Of a stretch of 64,000 nt of DNA, positions 49,950 through 63,164 are shown one piece after another. The DNA is from Lama glama (Eukaryota): the NCBI GenBank assembly GCA_028534125.1, contig CM052817.1, forward strand, positions 10,046,001-10,110,000, in the 5' to 3' direction. The notes under the pieces were generated by a model. The model saw only the letters and a program-made list of their open reading frames with translations. It made no database searches and was not told the origin of the DNA. The number at the start of each line of letters is the position of its first letter. Within the stretch, counting starts at the first letter, position 1. Made by a program: the position numbers and the translations under genes.

Positions 49950-50421
49950 TGTAACGGAGCAGGACCCTGTGGGGCCTTCCAGGTTCAGACTCCTCCCCTA
50001 TATGCTCTGCTGCAGCTCCTCTCTGAAGCACCTGGATAATAGTATCTCATGTATATTTCCTGAGTTTTTCAGAAGCTTAAAACCATCACTAAAGGGAAGA
50101 AATTACTTGATGATTGAGAAGGCGTAGCCCCCAGACCTTCCGGCGCCCAGGGGTTGATAGTGTTGACTGCCCTGTTCCCTCCACATCAACCAATCAGAGA
50201 TTTGTGCATGAGCTGATCATGCACCCTGCGACCCCCACCCTCATCTGGTCTATAAATATGCTTTGCTGAAACCCTTCAGGGAGTTCGGGGTTTTCTTGGG
50301 CATAAGCCACCCCATTCTCCTTGCTCAACCCTGCAATAAACCTTTCTCTGCTCCAGATTTCGATGTTTCAGTTTGTTTGGCCTCATGGAGCGGTGGGCAC
50401 ACGAACTTGCCTTCGGTAACA
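49950..50421 (+). mobile_element. ERV1-class solo LTR
   Basis: TGTAAC...GTAACA termini, 4-bp TSD TCCC (49946-49949, 50422-50425), CCAAT, TATAAAT at about 50251, AATAAA at about 50335. Confidence 0.92.
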
Positions 50422-52599
50422 TCCCGAGTGGGTGAAGACATGTGCCGGAAGACATTGCTGTGCTCTTTCCTCCTTTGTTTATTTCTGGCTTGCCCTACCT
50501 TTCTTTTTTTTAAACCCACTTAATTCCAACTCTTTTTCAAAGCTGCCCAAGTGCACATCCTCCACAGTGAGGTGATGCATCCAATACATTTATTCATTCA
50601 ATGAATATTCATTGGCCGCATCCATGTGCCGGGAACTGTACAAGATGCTGGGCTGCAGTGAACACGGCGAAACGTCTGAATGAGACGTTCTGCTGCCACC
50701 TGCACTGATGTTTGTGGTAGCACTTACCTCAGCAGGTGGTCCCCCCACCAGACAGCGGACAAACTCTGAGCAGAGAGCACAACTCATTCAGTTCTGTGCT
50801 GTGCACGGTGACTGTGCCAGTGACATCTGTCACATCAAGTCCACCAAGCTATTTGTGTGTTTGTCATATTTCGCTTATATCTAGTTAACCCCCTGACGTT
50901 ATAGCTATCTCTGACTTTCCCTGGTATTTAGATTTTTATGTCGAATACCTAAAATGAAATGGAAATATGCTTGTTGAAAGTACTTGCAGTTTCAAAAGTA
51001 ACATGTTTTGCAGGGGATTCACTCCTCAAGAGCTTATATACGGTCATTCCTGATTTAATTCCCTTAAAAATGTGCCAAGTGTACCCTCAAGACCTTCAGT
51101 TTCCTCATCTGCCAAAAAGAAGGCTGTTAAAAGGCAAAGTACATTGTGCAGATACCTTCCCTTCTCTTTTAAGGGATGCAGTTGAAACGACTTTCAACCT
51201 GCCATGCGCACTGACTTCCTTTTCTTACTGAGACTGGGAAGAGCGAGGTCGTGTTTGCTCCGTGCAGCTGCACCCACTGCTCCTAAGCAAACTTCTCAGA
51301 ACTGCCAACTCCCTTACCACATCGATTTCCTTTTTTTAATGACTTCCCCTCTCAACTGTTCCCATTCCTCCTTAATCAGATTCAACATAATCTAAACCAC
51401 CCCAGGTGCCTCGGGCACACTGGGTGCCGAGTAGCACCCTGCACTGACACAGGGATCGCGTCTCAGCCGCCACGTGCACAGTACCATTTGCCTCAAACTG
51501 GCCCCAGATGATCATGATTTTGCTGACTGATACACGAACTTTTATTTCCAAATTTCTATGCTGTCAGGCTGTACTCACAGTCTACGCTTACTGTATACAC
51601 AACTTACTGAGAGACAAGGGGCAAGGCCCGCCTGTTCTGTAGAGACGCGAACAAACAGTACTTGGCCACTTGTCAACACTGTGATGTTCAGGTCGTGATG
51701 GCCCAGGGTGCTGGAGGTCTGACCGCTGAGTAAGAGGGGCGCGGTCGTTTTACCTTTTTCCCTATAAACAACTAATAGTAAACATCCAAAGAGTATTTTC
51801 AGAAGCATGTGTTCAAGGACGTTAGGTCTCACATCCACTCCTTTATGTGAAGCTCCCGAAATAGCCCTTCTAGATTTCCATGTATGAATGTGGGCTGTGA
51901 TACAGAACTTTCAGATTCAGTGGCTCAGAGCCAAAGGCATGTAGATCTCTCTCTCGTACAGTCTAATCTGAGTGCTCCAAGCTGATGACAACTCCACTCG
52001 CAAAGGCGTTCTGGGACCCAGGAGGCCCCATGCGTGGATCTGCAAGGCTGGGGTGAGGGCACACCTCCTCTAGGGTCCAGCTGGTGGGACGGGGACTGGT
52101 GGAGGGGCCTCGTGATGGTATATGCCCTTCAGCTTCCATCTCTTGGTGAGATTAGTCACCTGGCCACATGTCTCAGCAAGAGGGAAAAGGGAACGCAGTC
52201 CCCAGCCAGGCAGCTGCGAGCCCAGTGACAACTCTGCTTATGCAACAGAAGATGCTGGTGGACAACCAGCAGTATTTAGTGCAAAAGTGTTTTTGTCTTT
52301 GTTTTATAGAAGCAGTGTGAAACTGCTATACGAGTGCTTGATTTTAAGCAAATCCAATAGGAAAAAAAATCAGATTTTTGTTAAAAAGTTAAAGAAATAT
52401 ATTTCAAAACGGAAATAAACCCGAGGGGCCTTTGGTCATCACCCGACTTGCCTCCAGCAGCGGTTACCTCTGCCTTGTTACTCCCAGTCTCCCCTGGGAG
52501 GGAGGGACTTGCCCACTGCTGGTTCCAGCACCTAGAGCAATTCCCGACACTCAGATGACTGACAAACCTCCATGGATAGATGGGACTGAAACCTATCGA

Positions 52600-55051
52600 A
52601 ATGCAGTGACTTTAAGTTATTTTGTGACTTTACATCCTTCTCTGCTGGGTTACCAGAAATGGCAGGAACATTTCTGAAGCTCTAAATATACATAACAAGA
52701 TTCTTGCATGTATATGTATAGAGCAGAAAGTCTAAATGCCAGCCAGACTACAAAAGTACAAAGTACAAAGAAAATCTGGACCAGTTCTGAAAGACCCTTG
52801 GTATTTATACTTCTATCCCAAAGAAACAGCTAATGAATGTGACTTAGGTTTTTTTTTTAACCAAAGCACTGTCAACTTTGACTCCCAGATGTGGAAAAGC
52901 ACAGTGTGACATTCAAAACACCTGTAAAATGAAGTACCTTAATTTGCTGAGAGACATTAAATTGCCTATGATCAAGAACAAGCCTATTTTTTTTAAAGAC
53001 AAAAATCAAACATTTTGCTCCCATTAAAACCAAAAGAATAATGTGAATTAGTCCTGTCACTTGGAAATGAATTCTTACCAGAGTGGGAAATTTACTCCAG
53101 CAAATATAGCAGTAAATACTATTAAAATAAATTCAGTGACCTTTTTAAAAAAGATTACAAAATTGAATTTATTGAGTTTCACACAAGATGCACTTATAAA
53201 ATTAGTACTGAATGCCATTTTAACAGAAGAAATGAACATCATTCCAAACTCCCAATATATTCTGGAAAAGAAAAAAATCTCCCGAAAATGACAGCACAAC
53301 AGAGTAATTCAAGCTGAATTGGAAGATATACCCAAATCATATTCTTGCTCTGATGAGGGCTATGTTTGGCCAAGTTTTCCCCAGACTATTCCCATTCCTC
53401 ATGGATACTGTTCCTTATGGTGAAGAGAAGACGGAAAAGAGACTAATTTAAAAATGGGGCTTCACTGACACATACAGAGCAATTTAAAGTCTTTCATTTT
53501 TAACTTAAAATACTTCCTGGTTTCACAAAACTGTTTTTGTACAATTTCCTCTTTTTACCCTATGTGAACATTAATCTTCAGATTTCTTCAGCTTTAATGC
53601 AAAACATTAAAATTCACTTTTGTTTTTCAAATGAACAAGCCAAATTAAAGCTTGCTTTGCATTTCATCCAGGAAATAGACAAATCACCTAAACTTAACCT
53701 TCTGCACGTCATATGCCGGAAATAATCAGCATGAGAGCTGAACTTCAAAATGGAAAAACATCAAAGGGAGTAACAGTTAACAGTGACATCTGGATGTCCT
53801 GAAATTAGACATCGTAGAATTTTTATAAAAATGCAGAAAGGTTTCTCAAGATAAAATGTGGTGGAAAGTAACTTGTCCTATAATGCAGGCCACAGACTAG
53901 TAATTAAGCAGAAATGGAATCTTGATCTCAAATAAAACCAAAAATCATCTTTTAGCTGCTGTTCCCAACATCCACACACATACACAGACACATGTCCCAA
54001 ACACTCCATTTACTTCCCCCCCAACACAGCTTGCCCATCCCCAGCACATGTGCACAGATGGAAAGCCGAGCACATTCTCTAAGCCCAAGAGAGACGATGT
54101 CCCGTCCACTTAGGATATTGACTGTAAAACTTACTTTGAAAACCCAGTTAAAGTTGATACCTTTGAATTCTGTACACTGACAGCCTGTTCAACACCAAAT
54201 CCTTTTAACTGTAACAATTTATGAAGCAATTAGTTTTGAAGTGAAACCAGTTAATTATACATTAAAGTTAACACTGCTCTGCTTTTTCAGTATAAAAAGT
54301 GCCTTTTTTAAAGGGAATTTCTATTTTAGCCACTGTAATTAAACAATACACAGCTCATGTTTGGCTGTACAGAGTATGAAACATTTTCTCAGTGATGCAT
54401 AACCTTCATTACTGAATATTTTTTAAATAAACTGGCTTAAAGTTTTTTTTTCTCCTATAAAATGCTACTATTCATTATGTCTTATTTAAGGTAGCCTTTT
54501 ATTCTGATTAATTCAGATACATCTTCAAAGATTATTCTGGTGGTAAGAACATTTATCTTGACTTAAGTTTATTCTTTTTTTAACGCTTTGGCAGATGAAA
54601 TGACGTCTGAAAACTGCTTGTGGAAATAGAGTGAGGCTGGCAAGGGAGCGCCGTGGTAAGAGCTTCACAGGTTTCCAGGAATATCCTTATACTGAAAGGG
54701 ACTCAAGGCAAAATCTGATGTTCTGGAAGCACAGACCGACAAAGCAGAAGTGATTCTGAGGCTGCTCCCGTCGGGCCGGGGGTGACTCTGCCACTTCGCC
54801 AAGCAGGAGCAACTTTTCCCCGTGTGTCAAGTTTTCCAGAGTCAAGGCCGGAGGTCACTGCCGGCTGGCCCACGTGACCCGACCTTCAGCCGGACCACGC
54901 GACTGGAGGAAGGACACTGAGATTTGCTTTCCATTAATAACTTAAGTTTTTAAATAAATATGTAAGTGCCACTTTTAGCATCTGTCCGTCCTGGTATTAC
55001 AGCATTTGCCACCCCAGGACTCTGCCTCTTTGGCACAAGGAGCCACAGAAT
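52600..55051 (-). other. TAPT1: TAPT1 3'UTR (distal end uncertain)
   Basis: AT-rich, repeat-free sequence after the stop codon. Minus-strand AATAAA at 54573-54568, 54503-54498 and 53173-53168, with a further one at 51546-51541. Confidence 0.7.
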
Positions 55052-55269
55052 TCAGTCAATTCGGTTTCCACAAATTGTGAACCTGTCTATCTCTAACAAA
55101 TCTTTCTTTGAGGATCTGTGTTTTAGCTCAGAGTTTTCTTGTGTTATGTCCTTCTCATCACCATCTGGCGTCGTCAGAAACTGATCAGAATTGCTTGTCA
55201 CAAGCAGTGGTACGACATTTTCCTTTTGATGAATAGGCTGGCTGGTGACCGAAGCAGACAGGTTTTCTT
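55052..55269 (-). CDS. TAPT1: Transmembrane anterior posterior transformation 1, last coding exon
   Basis: (E)ENLSASVTSQPIHQKENVVPLLVTSNSDQFLTTPDGDEKDITQENSELKHRSSKKDLLEIDRFTICGNRID* is the TAPT1 C-terminus. Acceptor TTTTTCCACAG|AA; 218 nt = 2 + 72 codons, matching the upstream phase; TGA at 55054-55052. Confidence 0.95.
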
Positions 55270-55559
55270 CTGTGGAAAAACAGATTCACATAATTAGAGG
55301 ATTTTCCCCCAACTTAAAATAAACACAGGTTTACCAATATAGTTAAAAAAGGCGTCTATCAGTCACGCTTTTGGATCAGGCGAGTAATAGCCAAACAGCA
55401 CGCTGCACAAGCACCGCAGTCAGTGAGGAAACTCAGAGGCTGCACTCCGTCTGTCACCCAGAGTTTTACACAGAAGCTATTAATTATGTGGATCATATCG
55501 CACAAATAACACCCTTAGCTGTGTAACAAACGCCGTCCCATAAAACCAAGCCCCAATAC

Positions 55560-56290
55560 GATCGCTGCCAGACCTGAGCAGTGAACACTGGCCCCTGCTC
55601 TCCCGGAGGCGGAGTCCGGGCTCCCGCTCACGCGCTGACCCGAGCTCCGCGCCCGGCAGCCTCCCCGCCGGCCTCCGCCTTTGGGCTCGCCTTCCTTGAG
55701 TCTGTTTTCCACCAAGACTGAGAAATAACCCTTTAAAAATGGCTGCTGGGCCGCGTCACTCCTCTGCTCCAAGCCCTGCAACGACTCCTTCTCATACAGT
55801 CAAAGCCAAGGTCCTCACAAGAGCCCGCGGGGCCTGGGTGACCCGGAGCCCTGGGCGGCCCCTTCGACGCCTCCTCCAGACGCCACTCCACCCTCCCTGT
55901 CCCCTGCTGTCCCTCGACGTGCCAGGCACGCCCCACCCTGGGCCCGTGCAGGTGCGTGCTGGCCTCTGCCCGGGCGGCTCCTCCCGGGAAGGCTCCGCCA
56001 TCTCTGCTCGGATGCCCTCTCCTCGGCTGGGGAGTGCCCCCGGTTCCCCCTCCCGCGTCCCCTTTCCCGACCCCCTTTAGCGTTCCCGACAGCACTTCCT
56101 GCCACCGCGCACATTCACCCACCCTTTCTGCCCAGCTCCCGGCAGCCGAGCTCGGCCCTTCCCCCAGGCCGCATCCCTGGACCGGCCAGGTGACAGCGGC
56201 CCAACAGCCCCTCTGCGCGGCGAGGATGAACGTAAAGGCGGAGCGGTGCGCAGGGGCACCTGCCAGGACATCTGCGGCGTAAACACTAAC
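55560..56290 (+). mobile_element. L2 LINE remnant forming an intronic CpG-rich patch
   Basis: gtcactcctctgctccaagccctgcaa.gactcc...caaagccaaggtcctcacaa...ctgctgtccctcga..tgccaggcacg follows the L2a 3' motif order. Confidence 0.7.
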
Positions 56291-56439
56291 AGTTGGCAAC
56301 CAAGCAAAGTGAAGTCAAATCTTGAAAGCGCTGCTAGAAGCTGACTGAAAAGTGATTTTTCTTTTCTTATTATGTAGAGTTCCGACAATTAATTCTTTAG
56401 ATAATGTTTCACAGGAGTGGTAAGAAGGACTCAACCTAC

Positions 56440-56600
56440 CTTGAGAGGGTTTACATTTACTTTGCGATTTACTGCACGGTTTGCCCGCAGCGCCGGCTGG
56501 GGGAGGGTTGAACAACTTTTCTTCCATCTTGGCTTCCTTCACGTACTGGCAGGACTTTCCCAGCAGGACAATGCTGTTAAGTACTTTCAGGGAGATCAAC
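56440..56600 (-). CDS. TAPT1: TAPT1 penultimate coding exon (161 nt)
   Basis: (G)LISLKVLNSIVLLGKSCQYVKEAKMEEKLFNPPPAGAAGKPCSKSQSKCKPSQ; acceptor TTTTAG|G, donor CAAG|GTAGGT. Confidence 0.96.
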
Positions 56601-57589
56601 CTAAAACCAGAAGGAAACACCCATCCACTGCTGGAACTCATCTCAGCCTCGGTGAACGCCATGACCTCCACCGCTGATGAGAGGGCGGAGGGCGCGGGGA
56701 GGGGCCGGGCATCGCTGGGCGGAGTCTGAGACGGATGAGGTCCATACGCAAAGCCCTCTCCCGAGGCGTCTTTGACAACGGGGGAAAATTTCTGATAAAC
56801 TCCTTAGTTCTCATTTTAAGAAGAAACTTATCTCACTCAGAAGTCCTATCTGTACTAAGTTATTTAACATTTATTCCCTTATTAAAAAACAAATACAGTT
56901 AGCAAATGCAGACGAACCAAGAAAAAACTCACAATCCCACAGTCCACTGCTAATCACTGCGACGTTTAGTTTATTATCTTACAGTTATTTCTGCTCTGAG
57001 TGCACATCTATTTGCACTGTTCGGAAATGGGTCCCTTTAGAAGACAGTAGGGGACTGGAGTTTAGAGTAAAGACTCAGGGCCAAGTGTATGAGTTTGAAT
57101 CCTGACTCCACTGCTTAGGTACGGTGTGGACCTGAGTGGATTTCTTGACCAGTTAATCCTTAAAGGGGAGGGTGTATTTCAGTCAGGTGCTCAGAACAGT
57201 GCTGGGCACACAGAAATGCCAACTAGTTTGTACCTTACTACCACAAGACAACACATCATGAGCATTCTCCCAGCCTTGTGGTGTTCCTCGGTGCCATGAT
57301 CTTAATGGTCTCAGAACATTTCACTGTCCTGGTTATCATGTAACAAAGGCCCCCAAAGCCCTTAATTTCTGATTCTTTAGGTTATTTCTAATATTTAGCT
57401 TCTATTAAAAAGTTTCTGGCTAACAGAACTTTATTAAATCCATGTTTCCTTAAGATAAATTCCAAAATACCAATAATCACAGAAGTGGGATTTCTGGGCC
57501 AAAAGGTACACAACATTTTTAGGCATTTGAAACAAATCTGGCAAAAAATTTTGAAAAAATTCTTCACATTGCTATTTTCTCACAAATAG

Positions 57590-58420
57590 GGGCCTGTGAA
57601 TGACACAGCACCAAGGACCCCATGGCTAGTTCAGCAAGTGAAGACGTGGGTGGCCATTTCTTACTCTTGAGATGAACTCCAGGCAATAACAGGACATTGA
57701 AGGTCGGTGAGGGCAAGTCTGAGGAGGAGCCTGGCAGAAGGTCAAAGCAAGATGCAAACAGGCTTCCTTCACTGTCCCCGGCCTCCCAACTCCAAGGGTA
57801 CGGATGCAAACACAGATCCAAGGCTGAGCGGACCCTCCGCTTGCGGGCGTCACACCTCCAGACTGACCGCCAATCCCAACTTTCCCCTGAACTCATCCCT
57901 CAGCCCTGCCACCGCGTCCTCGACACTGCCTAAGGAGTGGCTAGTAGGACTGCAAGGTAGTAAAGCCAAATCGGAACTCTCGATCCCAATTCCAATCCTC
58001 CAAAAAACCCAACCCAGTCCCACGTGTATCTCTCAGAGGCTTCCCCATCCCAGTAAGTGGTACTTCCTCTACCCTGACTGCTTGGGCCACGAACTCTAAT
58101 CACATTTGATTTTTCCTGTTTCCCCACCTCCCACCCAATCAATTCATCAGCAGGTCTCGTCCACCTCCGCTTTCACATAAACACCAGCTGACAGATTCTT
58201 GCCACCCAAACCCAGCCACGGTCCTCTCCCTGGACGACTGTACAGCTCATGACTTGGCTGACCTTGCTTCTCTTCTCGCTACACTCCAGTCATTCTCAGC
58301 ACACCAGCCAGGGTGGCCCTTGCAAAAAGCCAGATGGACCCTGCCCCTCCTCTGCTCAGAAGCCTCCAGGGGTTCCCTCCCTTCTCATCACTGCCAGCCC
58401 CTTCCTGGGCTGTCCCTGCC
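57590..58420 (+). mobile_element. L2 LINE fragments (left part inverted)
   Basis: cctcgacactgcc...cctccacccaatc..tcatcagcaggtc; actccagtcattctcagcac.ccagccaggg...cctctgctcagaagcctcca. Confidence 0.55.
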
Positions 58421-59667
58421 CACTCTATGCCCAGTAGAGCAGAGATAAACCAGGAACAACGCTGAGAAGAACTCTGGAGGGCGGAGGGAGCATTTGTGCC
58501 AGGAAGGAGGACCTCGTGTTTTTTCATGGCAAAAAACTGAAGAGTCTCCTTAACCTAGTAAAGGATTTCTATGTTCATTCAGACGGAAACCAGTAAATGG
58601 CACACAGTCTGATCTGAACTCTTTCTTGCTCTGGGCATCACTGAAATCAGCCGTGCTGCCTGAACGGGGCACTGAAGCTGTGGGAAGCTTCTTCCCGACC
58701 TACGGGCTCGGTGTAGACAGTAAGAAGTGACTGTCCTGCCAGGCCAGTTATTGGGCAGAGGGCAGTGTAGAAAACACACTCCAAACGTGAAGCAGGAGAT
58801 ACCCAGAGGTCTCTGGAAAGCAGACCTCGTCCCCGGGGCAGATTCTGGGTGCATTTCCGGCTGAGGTCACCACCGCGAGGCTTATTCTCTCCTCACCTTC
58901 CCCCCTCGAGGGACGACTCAGTTCTGACCATCACCCAGACCCTGAGCACAGCTCCTGGTGCGTCACTGCCCGCGAGCGCAGGGACGGACCCCTTTCTGCC
59001 TCAGAAGTAAGTGAATCTAAAGCTCGGCTGGGCTACTGTCATAAATTCACACCTTGAGAAAACTAGTGGCGGCAAAAACGCCTTTTTATATTATTTTCTT
59101 CACACTGCTTATTACTATTTTAGTGTTTTAGTCGTGAATTTGTTACCGTTTGTCATTCCCAGGCAGACATAAGCTGCAGGAGACCAACAAGTCTGCAGAT
59201 AAAAGTTCAGCCAGTCACAGGCTGAGAACTACAGTCCTGCATCTCCTTTGGGTTTATGATGACATACGCCTAGAGTGTGCTAAATAACTCATGTAGCAAA
59301 CAGAGTAGAAACAAAGAGTTTTTTTTTAAACATAGAAAAATGTCTGACTGCAATGGCAGATTTTATCATAAAAGAAAATATGAGTGAAACTTAAAATTCT
59401 AAGCACAAAAGGGTTTTAAAGTAAATGATTACATTAAAAGATTAAAATAAAATCTAAAGTGCTGTTAATCCTACTACCGAATAGCAGATTTAATTTAACC
59501 AGAATTAACTGAGTCACAAATGCATCTGGAGATACACGCTCTCAAGGGAGACCCCCAGGACAGTTGGGATGGGTCCAATATGATTTGGTTGCTATTAACT
59601 TCCATTACACCTTGCATTTAAACTTTACTGTATGACCCAAAGCATATTCAAGAGTAGTTAATCTTAC

Positions 59668-59744
59668 CCAAAATAGAAGAGTATGACACAGGCGTAAGAC
59701 AGGATTCCTTGCACTTTAATTGAGCTTGTAACAACTCTGATGAG
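59668..59744 (-). CDS. TAPT1: TAPT1 coding exon (77 nt)
   Basis: LIRVVTSSIKVQGILSYACVILFYF(G); acceptor GGCTAG|CTC, donor TGG|GTAAGA; phase 2 joins the G of the next exon. Confidence 0.96.
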
Positions 59745-62631
59745 CTAGCCAAAAACAAACCAAAACAACAAAACATAAAACCACAGTTATTAGTTAATAT
59801 TTAAATAAATAAATATATATATATATTTAACACTTCAGGCACATACTTGTGACCTTTGTCTAAATCCAAATTTGTTGATTCATATCAAAATCTGGCTACC
59901 TGTGGCTATTGCCACGTTCAACTGTTAACTCTAAACGCAGACACTATACCTAATTCATAAATGACATGTTGACTTGTACCTAATAGAGATGCAAATCAGC
60001 TGATTTTTAAAGTAAAAAATTATTCTGGAAAATACAAATGAACTCATCTTGCTACACGTGGCCCTACCAGAGCTGGAAGCACTGAGCGGGCGTTTCCCTA
60101 ATTCCTGCTTTTTCTGTCCTTTGTTCCTTGACTCTTTTAAGAACCCCCAATGACTTGCAGGGAGAGAGAGAAAAGGGAGCCTTAGGTGGTTTGTACTGTT
60201 TAAAAAAAACTAAGTATTATTACAAAATTAATTACTTGAAGGCCAGAAGATTTGTTTCTTTTGGATAGTTATGATTAAATAGCTATTTTCTTACTTATCT
60301 CACATAAACATGTGTAATAGCACTATTTTTGGAAGTCTGCTGAATGAATCTGGTGGGATCTATTGATGGGAAATGTTTACACATCATAGGTTCAGCTTAA
60401 TAACGTGCCCATATATTGGGATATAGGAGGACTGCTATGTGAAAACAGAAAATCAAGGAAAATGACTGACTTTACCCAGTAATGTTATCATCAAATGGAA
60501 GAATCTCTTAATAAATATCACAAGATACATTTAAAATATTTTAAAAATGCTTAATAAAAGAACAATTGGGAGGAGACAGACAGAGCAGACTGCCATATGT
60601 TCAGTAAAATTTCCTGATGAGAAAACTGATACAGAAGTCCCCATCTCTGTCACAGTCTCTAACGGGGAAATGACCTGTTGTACGAACATCTGTGATGGAA
60701 TTAACATGGCTCTAGAACTTTACTCATTAATATGAAAGGCAAACCAATGATCACATTCAAGGCTTAAATGACTTCACTTTTATCGAGCATACTATTAGGT
60801 AACTTTAAGATACATCTGTCCAAATCTAATTTCTATGAGACCTTAATACATGATTTATTCCACTCTTCTTGGCTATGAATTCATTCTAGGATCTAAGGTA
60901 ACATTTAGAAGGAAACACTGCCACTCTCGAGTCTTAGTTAAAGAATTAACTCGGCTACTGAGGCCTCTGCATATTCCTCAGGCCCCCGGACGTCTGCCAA
61001 AGCTGCAGCGCTGCACTGGCGCTGCGAGAAACAAGCTGTGAAACAGACCTGCTGCACTGCTGCGTAACTACACAGTCCCCTTCAAGGCTGCAGGAGATTT
61101 TCCAGAAGTGTTTTGCTAATCAATTATTAATTAAGCTTAAATCTTTTTGTATAACAACTATAAAAACTCATTTAAAGAATAAAACAAAGACTGAAAAAAA
61201 ATCTAAAAAATATGAATTTAAAAAATTCATACTAATTATGAATAGAGGCTTTGGGCAAAAATGTTACTGGATAAATAATTATTATTTGGCAAAGCAGGGC
61301 CACATTTAAATCCAACCACTTAACCAATCCCTTAAAAAATAAGTAAAGTCAGGCAACCATGTTTGTCCTCACACTGCACATATCCTTTCTCCAGTTGCAG
61401 GAAACAAACGTAGAGAAATTCAAAATTCTATTTTATCAATCTCTTAAATTTTTAACATATAATTTTACCCTATAAAATCCCCTGTTTTTCTAAAATTCTA
61501 GGAGTTCCTTTTCCCAAGCAAAAGAAATCTATATTATTATATAACAAATAAGCTACTAATACAGTTGAAAACACTTAGGATGTTTTCTGGAGAGTCATGC
61601 TGAAATTTAAATAACAAATCTATTGGTCACTGATCCTCTAAAAAAAAAAGTTAGGCAAGCTGGTCTAAAATACAGTTAATATGACCTACAACTTCTTTAT
61701 ACATCTCTTAGTTGATTTCCATGAGACTCTGCATTATAGGAGAACTCCAGGTGTCCTTTGGGAAAAAGATGGTTGCATTTGTTTTGATGCGAAAATAGGT
61801 AGCCAAAAAGGAATATAATCAAATTTAAGTGCAGCCAGCAAATCTTCTTAATTAACATTATGACAGCCTGATGTGGCTAGTAACTATTTGCTGGCTGTTC
61901 TGAGCAATTCATTAAAATATTTGAAGTTGATGAAGTTGAAGAAGATGATTTTTTTTGGTGGACCTAGTAAATTTCAGTGCTATTATTTAAAAATATATGA
62001 TATTTCCTGTGTATATCAGTAGAAACTGTCCTTGTAAAAACTTTGAAAAAATTTAATAAGTAGTAATTATAATGAATACAGAATATTTCTTCATTTGAAC
62101 ATACTATATTTATTTAATCTATTCCATTTGTTTCCAAATTTTTACTACTATCAATGCCGCTGCAGTGCATAATCTTGCCTATAAATCATCATGTACCTTC
62201 TGTAACTATTTTCTTAGGTAAATTCCTAGAACTGGAATTAATTCATCAAAGTGTGACACTGTCACACTGCCCCTTAGGAGTGTTGGGTCAACTTACATTT
62301 CCACACATATGCATTACAGTGGCCACATCAATGCTTACCACTAGGTATTTCCAGTCAGAAAGAAGAATCTTTGCCAAATGAGTGAGCAAAAATGAATATT
62401 CTCACTTTTGGGAAAGCCATCACATAAAATAATGCCTTAATATGACTTAAAATCCAAAAGGATAGTACTATTTACATTTCAAATTTAAAACAGAATTTCC
62501 TTCTAAGTCATTTACCTTTCATTTTTATATCAAGTCCTTCCGAAACAAGCTTATTGATAATCCATTCATTGATATTCTGTATGTAATGATAGTCATCTCA
62601 TCATAAAAAAGGGAAAAAAGTCTGGACTTAC

Positions 62632-62700
62632 TAGAACAGCCAGTGGGAGAGGAATGAACCCCATCCTCCGTGCCACGGAGTCACTGTAATCAGTATACGC
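62632..62700 (-). CDS. TAPT1: TAPT1 coding exon (69 nt)
   Basis: AYTDYSDSVARRMGFIPLPLAVL; acceptor TCTAG|GCG, donor CTA|GTAAGT. Confidence 0.96.
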
Positions 62701-63104
62701 CTAGACGGAGAAAGGAGAACAGGATTTATGGGATTTAAACAGCATTTAAAAAGTACTATTCACTCACCACCAGTAAATGTTCTAAACAGGTGAGGCCATG
62801 AGCAAGAAGAGAACCTAGCACCTACTACGTAATTTAGTGAAGTGATATGGAAATCTGAATGTTTATAAGAAGTTTAAAATACAAAGTTGCATAACTGTTC
62901 CAGAGCTGCAGAAATCATACCCTATTTAATGTTAAGTATTAGTAAGTATTAGTATTATTTTTATTATTTCATAAACATTTAGTGTCAAGAACAGAGATAA
63001 GTAGGAAGTTTAAATTTACGATAGCTTTCCCTTAAATAATATCCCATGCTAAATCAAACCACTGTTTGGTTAATTTCAGACTACGTCTTTGATATAATGC
63101 TCAC

Positions 63105-63164
63105 ATTCTTCTGTCGACTGCTAACAAGGTCAAAAGCGAGGCTGGCTCTATATTCACTGTAGAC
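63105..63164 (-). CDS. TAPT1: TAPT1 coding exon (60 nt); upstream exons lie beyond the right edge
   Basis: VYSEYRASLAFDLVSSRQKN; acceptor CTTTAG|GTC, donor AAT|GTGAGC. Confidence 0.96.

Noticed and set aside
56315..56671. 118-aa ORF as a standalone gene
   Set aside because: Only 56600..56440 is exonic (TAPT1); the flanks are intron read-through.
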